From the human T2T-CHM13v2.0 reference genome, Homo sapiens: a stretch of 64,000 bases of DNA. Shown one piece after another: positions 39,577-56,194 of this stretch. Position 1 is the first letter of the stretch, and the number at the start of each line of letters is the position of its first letter. The stretch lies in assembly GCF_009914755.1 (NCBI RefSeq), contig NC_060939.1. One strand, 5' to 3'. The position numbers and the translations under genes are program-made. The notes under the pieces are model-generated. The model was not told the origin of the DNA and searched no databases. It saw only the letters and a program-made list of their open reading frames with translations.

Positions 39577-39931
39577 ATTATTGTCTAAATGTTTGTGTCC
39601 CCACAAAATTCATATGTTGAAACTTAGTCCCTAATGGGAGAGTATGGAGCAGTGGGGCCTTTGGGGAGGTGATTAAGTTATGCAGGCAGAGCCCTCATGA
39701 AAGGATTAGTATCCTTATAAAAAAAAAAGGCCTGGGAGACCTGTTTGTCCCTTCTGCCATGTGAGGACACACAGAAAGCACCATCTAGGAGGAGAAGGCC
39801 TTCACCAGACATGTAATCTGCTGGCCTCTTGATCTTGGACTTCCCAGCCTCTAGAACTGTAAAAAAATACATTTTTATTGTTTATAAATGACCCAGTCTA
39901 CAGTATTTTGTTATAGAAGCCCAAACTGACA
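39577..39931 (+). mobile_element. MLT1A-family MaLR solo LTR
   Basis: aatgtttgtgtccccacaaaattcatatgttgaaac...gatcttggacttcccagcctctagaactgt...gttatagaagcccaaactgaca. Confidence 0.88.
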
Positions 39932-41547
39932 AATATATATGTAAAGTTATAGAGTTTATTAATCCCAGTGTTACAAGCTAATATATATTTGAATGTGTGT
40001 ATACACATATTAGAACAATGAGTAAATTCATACATCAGTAAACCATGATAGGTCTTTATGACAATTAGGATTGCTCAAAATCCATCTGTACCCTCAGAGA
40101 CTGACATAGCAAAGAACAGTCCTAAAGAGGGCTGGAATTAAAGTCTAGAAAAACTACTGTTTTGACGCTGTCTAGCCAATCATTCTTTTTGCCCTGGTGC
40201 TGAATGACGAGTGTCGAGAGTTCCACCAGCACCAAGGGAAGCCACAACTTCCTGTTGTCCAAGAGAATCACTGGCTGGTACTTTGAACCTTCTGGAAATG
40301 CAATCTCTCATTCAGGTCACTAAGAGATCATTTTCTATTCTCAGAGTCACAGGACACTCAAGTCAAAAACCACCTGAAAGAACAACACTTCTTCCATTCT
40401 GTTCATATTCAAGTGGGAAAACTAAGCCTCTCTGAGGTCCCACGACTTGCCTAGACCTCCTTGATCCCTATCATATAAAAAGTATAAAATTTTTCAGAGG
40501 AAAAATTCGTTCAGTGATCTAAATTGATCCTTTTTAGTAGAACCACATGTAGTGAATGCAAACATTTCACTGAGTAGAATTGTCCTTCTATTAGCAGGAA
40601 AGTTAGCAAAGTGATCAGGATGTTCTGTGGAATGGCACAGCTGTTCCCTAGAACATCACTCCAAAAGATGAGAAATGAATTCTGATCATCCCCAGCTATC
40701 CTTAATTTAAAATATTTTGCCATCTTTAATTTTGCAAGCCATTTAGACAATATTAGTGCAGAGAGAATCAAAGCCAACAATTTTAAAGATTTCAAGTAAC
40801 CCCAAAGATCCTGATGAAACCAGAACCTCCTCCTTACACTACTCTCATCCACAAGCTACTTGGGGACTTTGTCTAACGTCCAGGTACCATAGATATGACT
40901 CAGACTTCCTCAGAAAGCACCACCCACAGTCTTGGATTTTAGTCTCTAGACTAAATCTGGCCCCAGGACCTTACTACTATACTCGTCACACCCCACAGTT
41001 AACTTGGATTCTACCAGGACCATGGCTTTTCCCTCTGGTCTTGTTAACATCCTGTCTCCACATCTCATGATTTCTACTCGATAGAGAAGTCATTATCAGT
41101 TCACATTATCATTGAAGACCTTCCCAACTTAATACCCAGTTTTGCCATCTGGCTATATTTCTTCCCCCAGAGGAGTGCAATGTTGTTAGTTGGTTCAGGG
41201 ACCAATCTGAGAGATGGGGTCTATTCCCAACTTTATAACTGCACTTCTTTTCCAACCCTGAGATGCTTATGCTTCAGCGGCAGCCTGGAAGTCACCCTTA
41301 TAGAGACGGAGATGTCCCGCATGTTCCCAGATGTGCTGCCAGCTGGCTTCTCTGCCTCGTTCTATTCCTCCAGTTCAGGGGCTCTTGCTACGTAGAATGA
41401 ACCTGCTATTACTCGGAAGATGCATGTCTGACACCAAGCTGAGATCAAGGAAAACTATGCTACACATTCAGTGCAATAAGCAAGAGTCCCAGCCCATAGG
41501 GCAATTTCTATCCCAATTGTAACTGGCTGTATTTAGTAAAAGGTGGC

Positions 41548-41999
41548 TGTTACTGTGTGGGCTCCACCAGAAGCAGATTCTGAGACAATAATTTAAATGG
41601 AAGTAGTTTGTTCTGAAAGTAATTCTAGGAAACACTCATAGGAGAGTGGGAAAGTGAGACAAAAAGAGAAGGAAGCTAATAAAGTACATTATCAAATCTA
41701 TTATCACTGTGAACAGCGAGGGCTCGGTCCCACTGGGGAACTTCAGGAGACAGTGCAGAGTGAACCTCATGGTTATCCAAACTGAGAGGCAAGGAAGCTG
41801 AGGCACTTATCCAACCACTCTCCATCTGTTGTTGGTTAAAAGTCTGCTTCCAGGTCCACTAACCCCCAGCACTTCCAGCTTGCCCTGCATGCAGACCTGG
41901 CATGCTCTCTGGCCAGAAAAGTATACAAAGCTCTCAGGAAGAGTCCCCCGTGTTCATCCATGAAGCCAAGGGAGGCAAGAGGGCACCAGGAGTGCTACA
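41548..41999 (-). mobile_element. LTR16C-like ERVL solo LTR
   Basis: ccagaagcagattctgagaca...ggagagtgggaaagtgagac...gtgctaca matches recalled antisense LTR16C. Confidence 0.75.
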
Positions 42000-42918
42000 C
42001 AGGACAATTTGCCCTAACCTGTTAATTGGCTTGTGAGAGACACACTCAAATGTTCAGACTCTTAACAGGTAATGAGCCTTGACACAGTGAAGTCTCTACT
42101 TGCAGTAAACAAAAGAGAATGCACTTATTCCACAATGTTTTTCTTTAAAACTTTGTCAAAATAGGACACACAATAAGGGGGGTGCATTTTCTTACAGGAC
42201 AAAAAGAAACGGAAAAGGGACCTACGTTTTTTGCCATGGGGACGGTCAAAGTTTTGAGGGGCTGTTTATACAAACAAGAACTTCAGCTTTTTAAACAACC
42301 AATTATGACTCACTTGCCCAAACCCCCAAAAGAAAAACAACAGAACAAGCAAGAAAAGGTTCTGAAGAATGAACTGTGGATATTCATCTGGCATCACAGA
42401 AAGTGGCAACATTCTGAAAGGAAAAATATGTTTATGCTTCATTATAAATCACCCCCAGAAACTTCCATAATGACTTCTTACATTTTCTTCTTGTAAAGCA
42501 GGGGTCTTGAGTCTTAAATAAGTTTTTAATCAGATTCATATTTCAGTACCACAAGGAAGCATGCCTAGATTTCTTGAGCCAAAAATGTCCATTAAACAAC
42601 CATTTCATTGAGCACCTTTTATGGTGTTTACACTGGAGATACAAAGATGAATAAGGCGATACCTACATAAAAGGCCATAAGCTTTATACTATTCATAGTA
42701 ACTATGCCCCATAGGTAATTTTCCTATAAAGAGTAAAGAAGGGAAATGAGAGGCCAGATGAAGGAAAGCCTTTCCAAGTATTTTGGGCAGAACAGAGAAG
42801 GCAGATGTTCTAGTGAAAAAATGTATTGCAGGAAAGAGGAAAGCCAAAATCAAATTTAGGAGAAAATGGGGTATAACCACATAAAATAATATTATATATA
42901 ATGACATGTTAGACTTAC

Positions 42919-43017
42919 TGGATCTGGAGCCACAGGAAGGAGCTATCTGACCAGATGGGCAAGTGCACATATTTGGCCTCGAACAAAATCCATCCCCACA
43001 GGAATGCCGGCAAATGG
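42919..43017 (-). CDS. FBN1: FBN1 exon 4 (c.248-346), EGF-like 1: (P)[32 protein letters not shown](I)
   Basis: Acceptor ctggtttattcacag|CC, donor TCCA|gtaagt, 99 nt, phase 1-1, six-Cys EGF pattern; supplied ORF 42689..42970 contains its C-terminal half. Confidence 0.98.
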
Positions 43018-43343
43018 CTGTGAATAAACCAGAGGTCTGTTAGCACATGGATTTGGAACACGATTTGTTATAGGGGACCAATCCTCAAATGAGGAAACCT
43101 GGGTTCTCAGGTCCCTCACGAACTTTGCTATCATGACTTATATGACCTTAAGCCTCAGGTGTACTCATTTTCAAAACAAGTCTATTGAACTAAATAAACT
43201 CTGGCTTTAAAATCCACAACTCCTTTATCCAGTCACGGTGGTTCTCAACCTCTCTTTGCTTAGTCCACAGCACTCAATCCATCAGAAGCCCAGGACAGGC
43301 TATGAAGAGAAAACCAAACAAACAAATTAAATCCTGCATCTAA

Positions 43344-43750
<407 letters not shown>

Positions 43751-45200
43751 TATTGTAAATGTTTAATGTTTAATTTTTATCCTGTTCTGAATTCCATCAA
43801 CAGTCTGAGAGAAGAATGCTGGAATCTACTGCTAGAGTACTGATTCTACAGTCAGGAAGCCATTCATCCTTTAGAGAAATACTAACATTTGCATACCACC
43901 CAGAGACTAATATCATGCTGGTACCAAATGCTCTGCTAGTGGTCACAACAGTAAGTTTAAATGGCATATGATTTATATTTATCGGCAGACTAGCACTTGG
44001 TCACTACTTTTCGTCATGACAGGCATGATCTTTTCCTCAAGCTCCTGCACAATCTTGCAAGTGCAAACATGATATGCAAGGCTAAAAGAGTACACTTGAT
44101 AGAAAGTGCATTCAAACATCCAAAGAGTTTAGGATGGAAACTGGAAACGACTAAGAAACAAACTGTCAAAGATCCAGTAAACATTTATTTAAATATCTGG
44201 AGACATCATTTCTCAGAGAACTCTACAGAAGGCTAAGAAAGGGTTCTATTATAAAGTTCATTGAGAAAAATCCAAATACCATTATATTTCTCTTTTAGTG
44301 ATCCAATTTTGGTCTTAGACCATAATGTGCCAAATAAAGGAGATGCTTTCTGGTCAAAATCAAGAATTGAGAAACAGTTAAACTTTTTCAGGTCATGAAG
44401 CAAATATTGGCCAATATAGTCTATTGAATACTCCATTGACCACTGTCAGCCAAGTGAGAAGGTGAACTAAGTGATTCTTAATGTCCCTTCAGCTCTAAAT
44501 TTCCCCATTATACTACTGGAGTTTTCTGAAAACTGGACATTATTTCATAGGTACAACAACTGTAAAAGCTCATGAAGGGCAGGCATCATGACTAAATTTG
44601 ACTTTGGTGTCTCCATTAAAGAACACCTTGTCTGGCATGCGATTTGTCACTCAACATTTGTGGGATATTGGGGAAATCTGGAAGTTTGCCTTGCCAGCAG
44701 AAATCAATAGAGGAACCTCTGTTATCATTTGAGATCTTTCTTAGTCTTTCCACTGATCTTCGTCTGGTGATCTATCTCCTTCCTTTCCCCTCTGTCTAAG
44801 AGTCAGGTCTGCTCTTGGTCCCTCAATCACCCAAATTCAATGTACAGGGTTTGGTAAGGCCCGTGAGTGGCCAACAAAGTTAGAAATTACAATAAGAAAA
44901 GCAGCAATAATACCCTTTCATTCAAACTCCCATCAAAGTAATTAGATAGTCTGTGTAGCCAGGCACAACATATGTAAATGACACAACCTCAAGCAAAGTA
45001 TCCCCGTGACTAAACTTTGACAGGGTTTGACCAAGTTGATGTATTTCCCAAACTGGAAAGGTAGAAAAGTCTTAAAGCTGGAAGGCTGTACTATCAACAG
45101 ATTAATAGTACAGTTACAAAAGGCCACATTCTAAGGCTCCCCATGCAACCAACACAACAAAAGAAGGACATGCAGAATGACAAGTTTTCTATTTACTTAC

Positions 45201-45283
45201 GGACAATACACTGATTTCCGCCAGGTAAGGTTTTCCATCCAGGGCAACAGTAAGCATTATAACGTGATCCACAGACATTGGGT
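45201..45283 (-). CDS. FBN1: FBN1 exon 3 (c.165-247, legacy exon 2), fibrillin unique N-terminal (FUN) domain: (G)[27 protein letters not shown](P)
   Basis: Acceptor ttctgtttttgttttag|ACCC, donor GTCC|gtaagt, 83 nt, phase 2-1, open frame with four Cys. Confidence 0.98.
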
Positions 45284-45781
45284 CTAAAACAAAAACAGAA
45301 GAATTCCATACTTTAAAAAAAAGAAGAAGAGGAAGAGATGGCCAAATAAAAGGAAAAAAAATTCCTGAGTTATAAAAGCAAGATGAATCCTGGCAGACAG
45401 ATAAAGCAAACTCATGAGACTCAATGCTGGGTTGGTAGCTTGGGACACTAACATAGTGATATCAACAGGGACATCCCTTAATATCACCTATGCATATGGC
45501 CCATCAGGGAAATAAAAACCAGAGATACAAAATGTAGCACATTCTGTCACAATTCATGAAGCCATACAAGTCTTAAATTAGACAATAAACTTAAACAATA
45601 AATTTCTTACCAATATGGTTAAGAAAGTTTGTAATAAAATCTAATGCACATAAGACTTCACATTTCTACACTTTGAAGCCATATATATATATATATTTTC
45701 CTACGGCCCATCTCACCTCTATAATTTTACATATTCTCCCTTTCACTAAAATTACAGGAACGCAAACTCTGACATGAGTCA

Positions 45782-46405
<624 letters not shown>

Positions 46406-49019
46406 CTAGCGATCAGGGGCTAATAAGGAAGGTCAAATGTTTTGCAATCAATTTCACAAACTAGGAGCAATTCCAAAGCTTACTGGTATAAACACTGTAA
46501 ACCCAAAAGCATAAACCTTTAAAAACAACTGTATAGCTAAAATGTATTTTCAGTTAGGGTGCACTCCCACATTCTCTTTGTATATGTAGACCACGTGAAA
46601 CAGTACAGAGTCCTCCCACATTTCCTCTGAACTCACTACTTCAACATCATGCAGGTTTGGGAACCAACATAAGGTCTTTGCTATGTCCTTTACCCCTTTT
46701 GTTGCTCCAGAAAATCTGGAACACCCTGCAGGGCACCACACATGCTTCACACTGACAGATGCTGAGGTCAGAAAGGGATTTAGGAAGAAAGCTGGAGGAG
46801 CCAAGGAAAGGGCCCTAACTCCATACCCAGCAGCCCAGGCCTTCTCTAAGGATAGAGAGGAAATGATTGGATAGAGGTGAAATATGTGCATGATGTTAGA
46901 GCCTGTGTGAGCTCAGTATATTTCTGTGTACAATGGCACAATGAAATGTCTCCCTTGTGTGTATATATGTCAAATAATGGACATGAAAGCTTCATATATG
47001 AAAAAGATGATGAAAATGCAATGCAGCATTATCATCCTGATGGAATCATCTTCTGACCCAGGTTACTCAGCCAGTGGAAACACAAGGAATAAAGGAAGAA
47101 AGATGTTATGGAGAATTTTAAGTCAAAGGCTCTCAACCCTTTGTCCCTCCATGACAAAGTAATGCCTGAAACTTCAGAGTGTCCAGAAGTTCCTGGGGAA
47201 ATTCAAATTCTCGGAAAGGAAAATGAGAGAGGAAGTGAGGGTAGACAGCTGGGGTAGAGGGGAACGCACAAACCTTCCAAACTTTTATTATAAAAGTTCT
47301 CTCAATTTGAAATGACAATCCAGGCCAAAGTCAACCACCTCAAACCTTCTCCAGCAACAGCCCATTAGAACAGCTCCGCTGGAGATAGTCCAATCCCTAC
47401 CAAATCCTGGAATAGTGTCAGAGCACTCCTGAGCCTTTGCAGGGTGCCCTGTGGTTGACATAACAAGGTTTTATTTTTTTTTTTTACTACAATCATACAT
47501 TGTCTGACATAATATGTCACAGTCATAGTGTCTGACAAAAATATGTATGTCATAACACATACACAAGATGAAGAAGCTCAGAAACAAAGGATCCAGAATA
47601 ACAATTTCAGTCCTACAAAGCAAAATATTCTAAAGATTTTCCAAGGAATTTGAAAAAGCATGGTAATATAAACATTCTTTTTTTAATGTTTAGAATCAAT
47701 CTACAGCCAAAACATGGAAGATTTTACAATTTACTATAGTTACAAAAGAAAATGTAAATGTTGTAAACCTTCACAAGAGTAAAAGTAATGGGACAGATGA
47801 CATAACTCGGGAAACAATTTGGGAGGAAAGGTGTGGCAGTCAATAAAGCAGCTGATCCTAGAAACAGAGTCTTATATATATTACACTGTGTTTTAAAATA
47901 ACCAATACATAAAAGTTATACTAAAACTATATTTTAAAGTTGTGAAGAAGAAGAGAGAAAGAGGGTACAGATACTTTAGTGAGCTAAGTCCCCATCTTTC
48001 AAAGCAAGAAACCAGTGGGTACTGTTTAAATCTAGATACAGAGGTACAAACATGGTAGATGGTGTTACATGAGAAGAACAAAAAACAGAAATGTTTCAAC
48101 CTAGTTACCTTAAGAGATGAGAACCCGGGGAAGCAGAGAGAGAGTTCTCTTGCTTTCTTATCTAATATTCATCCACAACTGTTCATTTTAAAATATACGC
48201 TCTTCTATTTCCATCGTCTTTCACTTAAAGCAATAACTAGACTTTCGAAGTATGAACGTCTTATCTTTGAAACAGAATACTTCTTGTTTTATTCATTCAC
48301 CATTCCCTTTCATTAGTGCATCACATTTTCATTTCACTGTATTTCTTAAGGTTCTTTATAATTTTGGGTTGGACTTATTTTATTTGCATCCTCTGACTTT
48401 CTATGAGTTTTAAAACTTTATCATTAACAAGTAACATGTTATTTAATTTCAGCTGTTTCAACCAATACCTTCAAATGACAATGATTGTTTTAATTGTGTT
48501 GCCATTCATTCTTAAATCATTCTAAATGCTATGTGGTATGGCTCAACGCAAAGTATTTGAAACATGTAAGATTTCTCCTCTGCTGCTTTTGGTCTTGAGA
48601 AACTGCAAACTATTAGAACTCGTTCAAACAAGCTGCATGACATTTGTTTTACTTATACACAGAAAAAAAACAGCTCTAATTCTGGAAATAAATGAATGTC
48701 TTATTGAAGCTGGAAAGAACCAAAATATGTAAACTCTAAATGAGACATGCTGGATTATTTCCATAATAAAAGATTTAGTTATAAGGTTTCAATACAAAAT
48801 GCTTGTACAAGGAAGGTAAATCTTTAATAAAGTTACTCTTTCGGGTCAATGAAAGTATAGCATCCATACCTCTTTCTCTTTTCACTTCATGAGCCATCCC
48901 CATCAACCCCCATCACTCCAACACACACACACAAAGTCGGATTTAAAGCTCTGTGCAAGTAGCAATAACATTCAACAAATTTTAAAAAATTAAAATTCAA
49001 AGGGGAAATAACTTTTTGC

Positions 49020-49230
49020 TAAGTGCTAAAGATATATTATTTTATTTCATCCTAATAACAACTCTTTGAGGTAATTTTTATTGTTATAATGTTTAACACT
49101 AAAAAAAAAACTATGGCTTAAGAAGGTCAAACAACCTGGCCAAGGTCACATAGCTTAGACGTGTCTAATGGAGATTTGAACTCAAGAAGCCTCCTGATTC
49201 TAGAGTACGCTCTCCTAACCTTATGTTAAG
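49020..49230 (-). mobile_element. MIR
   Basis: catcctaataacaactctttgaggta...ccaaggtcacatagct...atttgaactcaag. Confidence 0.75.
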
Positions 49231-49352
49231 TCAAAAGTGTACTTAGAGGACAAGATGATATTTCATCCAGTAGTATTCATGGTGACATAAGTAACACAAA
49301 TCACAGAATGTCCATCAATAGACCAAGGATAAAGCACAGCATAAACTGTTTT

Positions 49353-49663
49353 GGGGGTTTTTTTTTGCTTTTTTGTTTTTTTTGAGATGGAGTCTCGCTC
49401 TGTCGCCCAGGCTGGAGTGCAACAGTGCGATCTCGGCTCACCTCAACCTCCGCCTCCCGGGTTCGATAGATTTTTCTGCCTCAGCCTCCTGAGTAGCTGG
49501 GGCTACAGGCACACACCACTACACCCAGCTAATTTTTGTATTTTTAGTAGAGACGGGGTTTCACCATATTGGCCAGGCTGGTCTCGAACTCCTGACCTCG
49601 TGATCCGCCCGCCTCTGCCTCCCAAAGTGCTGGGATTAAAGGTGTGAGCCACCGTGCCCAGCC
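49353..49663 (-). mobile_element. AluS (Sg-like)
   Basis: gaactcctgacctcgtgatccg; TSD agcataaactgtttt at 49338-49352 and 49664-49678. Confidence 0.95.
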
Positions 49664-50813
49664 AGCATAAACTGTTTTTACCTGTATTCCAATAGTTTAT
49701 AGGGGAAAGAGGGAAAATACATTTATATTCCACTTCACCACTGTATGTTACATTTTTTTAAAATAGCTAAGTCTTTATCTGTAACTTCTCTTACCAGTTA
49801 CTTTCAATATTGTGCTCTGTAAGAACCCAACTCCAAACACCCTGGGGGATGAGTGAGTCTCAGCAGGTTTGATACTTGGATTCAGTTAAACATAGCCCTC
49901 AGAGAGCCTGTGGACTGGCAAAAGCCTCTCTCAACGGAGCAAACAGCTGGCCTCTACCACGTCTGACCACATCATTGCAAGACTTGGCCTCTGTGCAAGA
50001 TGTCTGCAGTGTGTCCACATTCCTTAGCCAAAGCCCACTTCTGCAATTTGGCCTCTTACAGCAAGATAGCCTTTCTGTTTCCTATGCAAAGTGCAAACTC
50101 CTTTTCAGAAAAGGTTAAGGTAATAAAAACAAGGTCAGGAGGCTCTTATTTCATATATGTTAGTTTCTCAACATATTTGTTAGTGATTAAACTCTTGGGC
50201 AAGGAGAACAAGTACTAGGTAAGGGCTAATGAGACTGACCCTGCTCCATTAACTGCTTTTTTTTTTAACCTTTAAGGAAAAAAACTATGATTTAGCCCCT
50301 TAAGTATAAATCTGGAGGGGATCAAAAGGTACATGCCCTCACACAACAAAGGACACCCAACTTCCCATGTAATGTGTCCCATGTTAATATCTTAACATCC
50401 TACTGTTCCAAGGTTAAAATAACTTCCACTATAAAAAATGTGATAGATCATGAAACAATTACAATACATAAATGAGCTGCCTGTATTGTGAACTACACAT
50501 CATGATTTTATTTGCTCTTTGACAATTTTCTTATCAAGATAAAAAAAGAAAAAACATCATGAGTACTGTCTGATGAAGGGGCCCATACTATTCTAACGAA
50601 CCTTTCAAATATTCCCCCTCTTTATTTTAGTGCCTTTATTCTGGCCCTCTTCACTGAAGTCAGAGGTCAAGTCTCCCAGTAGTGATGTGAATACCTCATG
50701 TGACTGTTACAGTCCATCTGCCAGTCACAATGCAACCTGGGTAACAAAACTTCAAACCCTGGTAATGAGAACAGCTTCCATGACCTCCCTAAGCTTCAGC
50801 TTGACTCTCTAGA

Positions 50814-51350
50814 CTGGGGTCCCCAACCCCTGGGCCACAGACCAGTAACGGTCCATGTCCTGTTAGGAACTGGGCCACACAGCAGGGGGTAAGTGGCAGG
50901 CAAGCAAGTGAAGCTTCCTCTGTATTTACAGCTGCTCCCATCACTCTCATTACCACCTGAACTCCACCTCCTGTCAGATCAGGGACAGCATTAGATTCTC
51001 ATAGAAGCACAAACCTGATTGTGAACTGCGTGTGGGAGGGATCTAGGTTGCCCACTCCTTATGAGAATCTAATGACTGATGATCTGTCACTGTCTCCTAT
51101 CACCACCAGATGGGATCCTCTAGTCGCAGGAAAACAAGCTCAAGGCTCCCACTGATTCTACATTACGGTGAGTTGTATAATTATCTCATAATATATTACA
51201 ATGTAATAATAATAGAAATAAAGTGCACAATAAATGTAATGAGCTTGAATCATCCTGAAACCATCCCCCCATCCCCCAGCACCCTTGGTCCGTGGAAAAG
51301 TTATGTTCCACGAAACCAGTCCCTGATACCGAAAAGGTTGGAGACCACTG
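50814..51350 (+). mobile_element. MER1A hAT-Charlie non-autonomous transposon, apparently full length
   Basis: TIRs ggggtccccaacc / ggttggagaccactg; 8-bp TSD-like flanks ctctagac / ctgtagac; typical internal gcattagattctcatag. Confidence 0.9.
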
Positions 51351-51978
51351 CTGTAGACCCAAAGACTCTTTTCTGGATTGTCTGAGTTGACACTGCTTGG
51401 GACACGGGCAATTCTGGCTTCCTCCTTTGAGGATGCAAGCCAGCCAACCACTCTAACTTACTTTGTGCAGTTTGGGATTTTTTTTTATTTTTTAGATGAA
51501 AGTAATCTGAAAAGGAACAGAATGAATAATAGATTTATTCTGGTTTTCAAGAGCTTTATCCCCTTCTTGCCTTCTCCATCACCAGTAGATTGGTGACTCT
51601 ATTACGTTTTCCTCCCAAGCCATGGTCCATCTGTTTCTCTCTCCCTCCTTCTCTCCCTCCCTTCCTCATCTCCCCTTTCCTATCTGCCTTTCTTCCACTC
51701 TGTCTCTTTTCTTCTCTCTTCAGTTCCTGTTTTCAGGGCATTTAGAATTAAATGTTTTGTTACCATCTCAAACTCAATTTATCCAAGATCAATAGCTCCT
51801 CTTCCTGTGTAGCCAGTAAGTTCACTGCCAGGTCCACAACCGGATACATCAGGACTATTCACCTTGCCCACAAGCACAAAGCTGTTCAACAATTTTTTTT
51901 TTTTACCAACCCAAAGGTTTTTTTTAAGTTTCTTGTTTTTTTGTGACTATGGAAATAAAATATGATTAAGAAACAAAC

Positions 51979-52079
51979 TGAAATAATTTGTACCTCAAAC
52001 AATCATGACACGAGTTTACCTGTATAACAAACCTGCACATGTACCCCTGAACCTAAAATAAAAGTTAAAAAAAAAAAAA
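51979..52079 (+). mobile_element. Severely 5'-truncated older L1PA 3' end (~100 bp)
   Basis: catgacacgagtttacctgtataacaaacctgcacatgtacccctgaacctaaaataaaagtt plus poly(A). Confidence 0.88.
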
Positions 52080-52974
52080 CAGGAGAAGAACTAACATTTA
52101 TTGAAGTCTGGATACTCTACATGCTTCGACCTATATGAATGCCAAATCAACATGTTTTAAAAATTAAATTAACCTATTGAGATACATTTGGTTGTGCGCT
52201 GAAGGGCTCATGAGAGGGACTCAAGCTGCCCCTTTCCTGAGAGCCATGGTCGGGGGACTGGAGGAGCATGTATGTACAAAGGGTAGTGATGAACCCCAGA
52301 CAACATAAAAACATTGCTGAGCAATCATTTCAAATAGGAAGCACTATGGGAATTCTTAGGAAGGGAGAGTGAGACTATCATGGCTGGAATGATCCAGCTC
52401 CAGATATTCCTTACAGAAGACTGGGAAGAGAGATGAAGAGATGACGATGTATGTAATGTTACACATCATTGAGGGTTTGGGAAACAAAGACAAAACACCA
52501 TAGTTCCATCAGCCTCACAATAATCACTATATTAATCATATCTATTGAGTGCTTATCCTATTTCAGTCACAGCACTCATTTACCTCCCCACAATACTTCT
52601 ATGAAATAAGTTATTACTTTTATCATTACTGTTGCATTATAATTAATGTGAGGAAGCTGGGCCATAGAGATTAATCCATCTAAATTCATATGTTAATAAA
52701 CTGGGGAGCCAAAATTCAAATCTAGCTCCCCATGTTAGCATTTTTTGCACGAGTCTCTGCTTGTTTTGCATGAGTGTTATTACAATCTTCATTTTTTGTT
52801 ACTTTTTCACTTATGTTATTGTATAAATCTAATGATCATTTTTGATAGATACATAATATTTTATTGAGTCATTTGTACCATCAGTTACTCAACATTCCAT
52901 TACTGCTGGCTGTTCAGCAATATTTAATGAGAGCCTATTATGTGCTAGGCACTGTGTTAGATAAGAAATAAAAC

Positions 52975-54350
<1,376 letters not shown>

Positions 54351-54659
54351 AAATAATAATAATCCTGTCCCAATGCAATTATAAATAAAACAGCTATATT
54401 TAAAAAGTGACTAAGACACACAGTCTTTGCTCTTGAGGATCTTACAGTCTAGGAACACAGGCACATACACAAAGATTATCTACACAACAGACAAAGCACT
54501 AACATCAAGGTCTGCCTGGGGAACTCAGGGAGGCCAGAACAAAGGCCTTTAGCCACAGCATGCATGGTAAGCTCAGAAGAGGACTATCTGAGCTATGACT
54601 TGATGTTTCCCGGTTGCTAAGGGGAGTCACTAGTTTTATTTCATCCCACTGATGAAATT

Positions 54660-55340
54660 CCCCTTAAATTCTCCAACTCCATTAGCAAATCCCTTGTCCA
54701 AATCCTGGTGATTTCATTGTTGGACCAATATCATGTTCTTTTTTCCTGGCTTCCTAGTTTCTCTCTACTCCATTAGGACAATATGGGTAAGTATCTTTTC
54801 ATATTCACCGTGCTTATTTCTATTCCCCTACAGCCCAAAGATGGACCTTCACTCTCTATAATGTTAAACATCTCATTATTAGGTTCAGATATCTACCAGG
54901 TAGGCCTAATCTACCTGTCAACTCTTATCTTTACCTATACCTTCAACTTCCACCCTCCTACTCAGCTCCTCTTCTTCACCGTCTCAGCCCTCACTCATGC
55001 ACGCACTGCTATCTCTGACACACACTAAAACCAGACACTTCCTCCATTTTTATATCAGCTCTTCCATCTTTCCATTTCAATATGTAGTTCCATCTCCCTT
55101 AGTGTTCCCTGATGAATCCATCCATCTTTCACACTACAAACACAATTCCAGACATATCTTCAAAAACCTACATAGGCTATACTGTAGTTATATATTTAAA
55201 ACAATTATATGTCTAGATCTCATCCCTGAAGCCCAACCCACCACCCCCTTTACTCCCAGAGTAATAAATTGTTCTTCAGGCACAGAAACAATGTCTATTA
55301 TGCCTAGACTATCCTGGAGTCTATTTAGAAGCACACAAGA
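54660..55340 (+). mobile_element. Degraded L2
   Basis: Pyrimidine-rich L2 3' motifs. Confidence 0.55.
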
Positions 55341-56115
55341 TAATATTGACTAAAGGCAATAGTGAGTACGAAGTACAATTAGCAAAGATTAATATCATCT
55401 CCTCAGTGCCAAAAGTAAGCCAGATGGAATATGCCACCGACATTAAAATCTGTGCGATAGAATTATTTCTTATAAATTTATCTATTTAAAAGAAGACTAT
55501 TTAACACGTCTTTGAAAGGCTACATAGGCAGTTAAACAGAAATGTATGGTGGTTTTGTGCCTTGATTATTTCACTGACATGCCTGTCATTAACTTATTCT
55601 GATCAGTGAAGTTACCCATGTTTATAACTCAGAAATCAATATTTTCCTTTGAGAAAATACAAAATCAATGTAGACAAATAACACACATATGTAAACATTT
55701 GATTCTATTTATTTCTTTGGCAAAAGAAGAAAAAAAATCCCACAAGCAACTAAGTGAAGGTTTTCAGCTCACAAGTTGGCATGCATTTTATTATGGCAGA
55801 TTGCTGCAACTGATCAAGGCCATAGATGGAGCCAGCCTCATGCGGCCAATTCCTACAGACAATCATGACAAAATTCATAGAGTGACCTTGATAGGTCTCT
55901 TTGGATGTGCTGCTTGGATGAAGGCTTTTCCCACTGCTGAGTGGAGTAACTCACAGCACAAGCAGCACAAAGGTGTTGCATCAACAGTTTCATTCACTGT
56001 GTACCCTCAACTTTTCATGGAGATTTTGTGTTGATCAAAAGCAATAGCCCAAGAACTTATGGTCCAAAAATGTCGTCCCCCTTCAAGGGCATGTACACAT
56101 GCACCCTCCTCCCCA

Positions 56116-56156
56116 ACACACACATTCTCTCTCTCACATACACACACACAAAGACA

Positions 56157-56194
<38 letters not shown>
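56116..56194 (+). repeat. Compound (CA)n microsatellite with (CA)14 core at 56161-56188
   Basis: Read directly. Confidence 0.95.

Noticed and set aside
55606-56034. 142-aa plus-strand ORF
   Set aside because: GTG start, no recognisable domain, no supporting splice or promoter context
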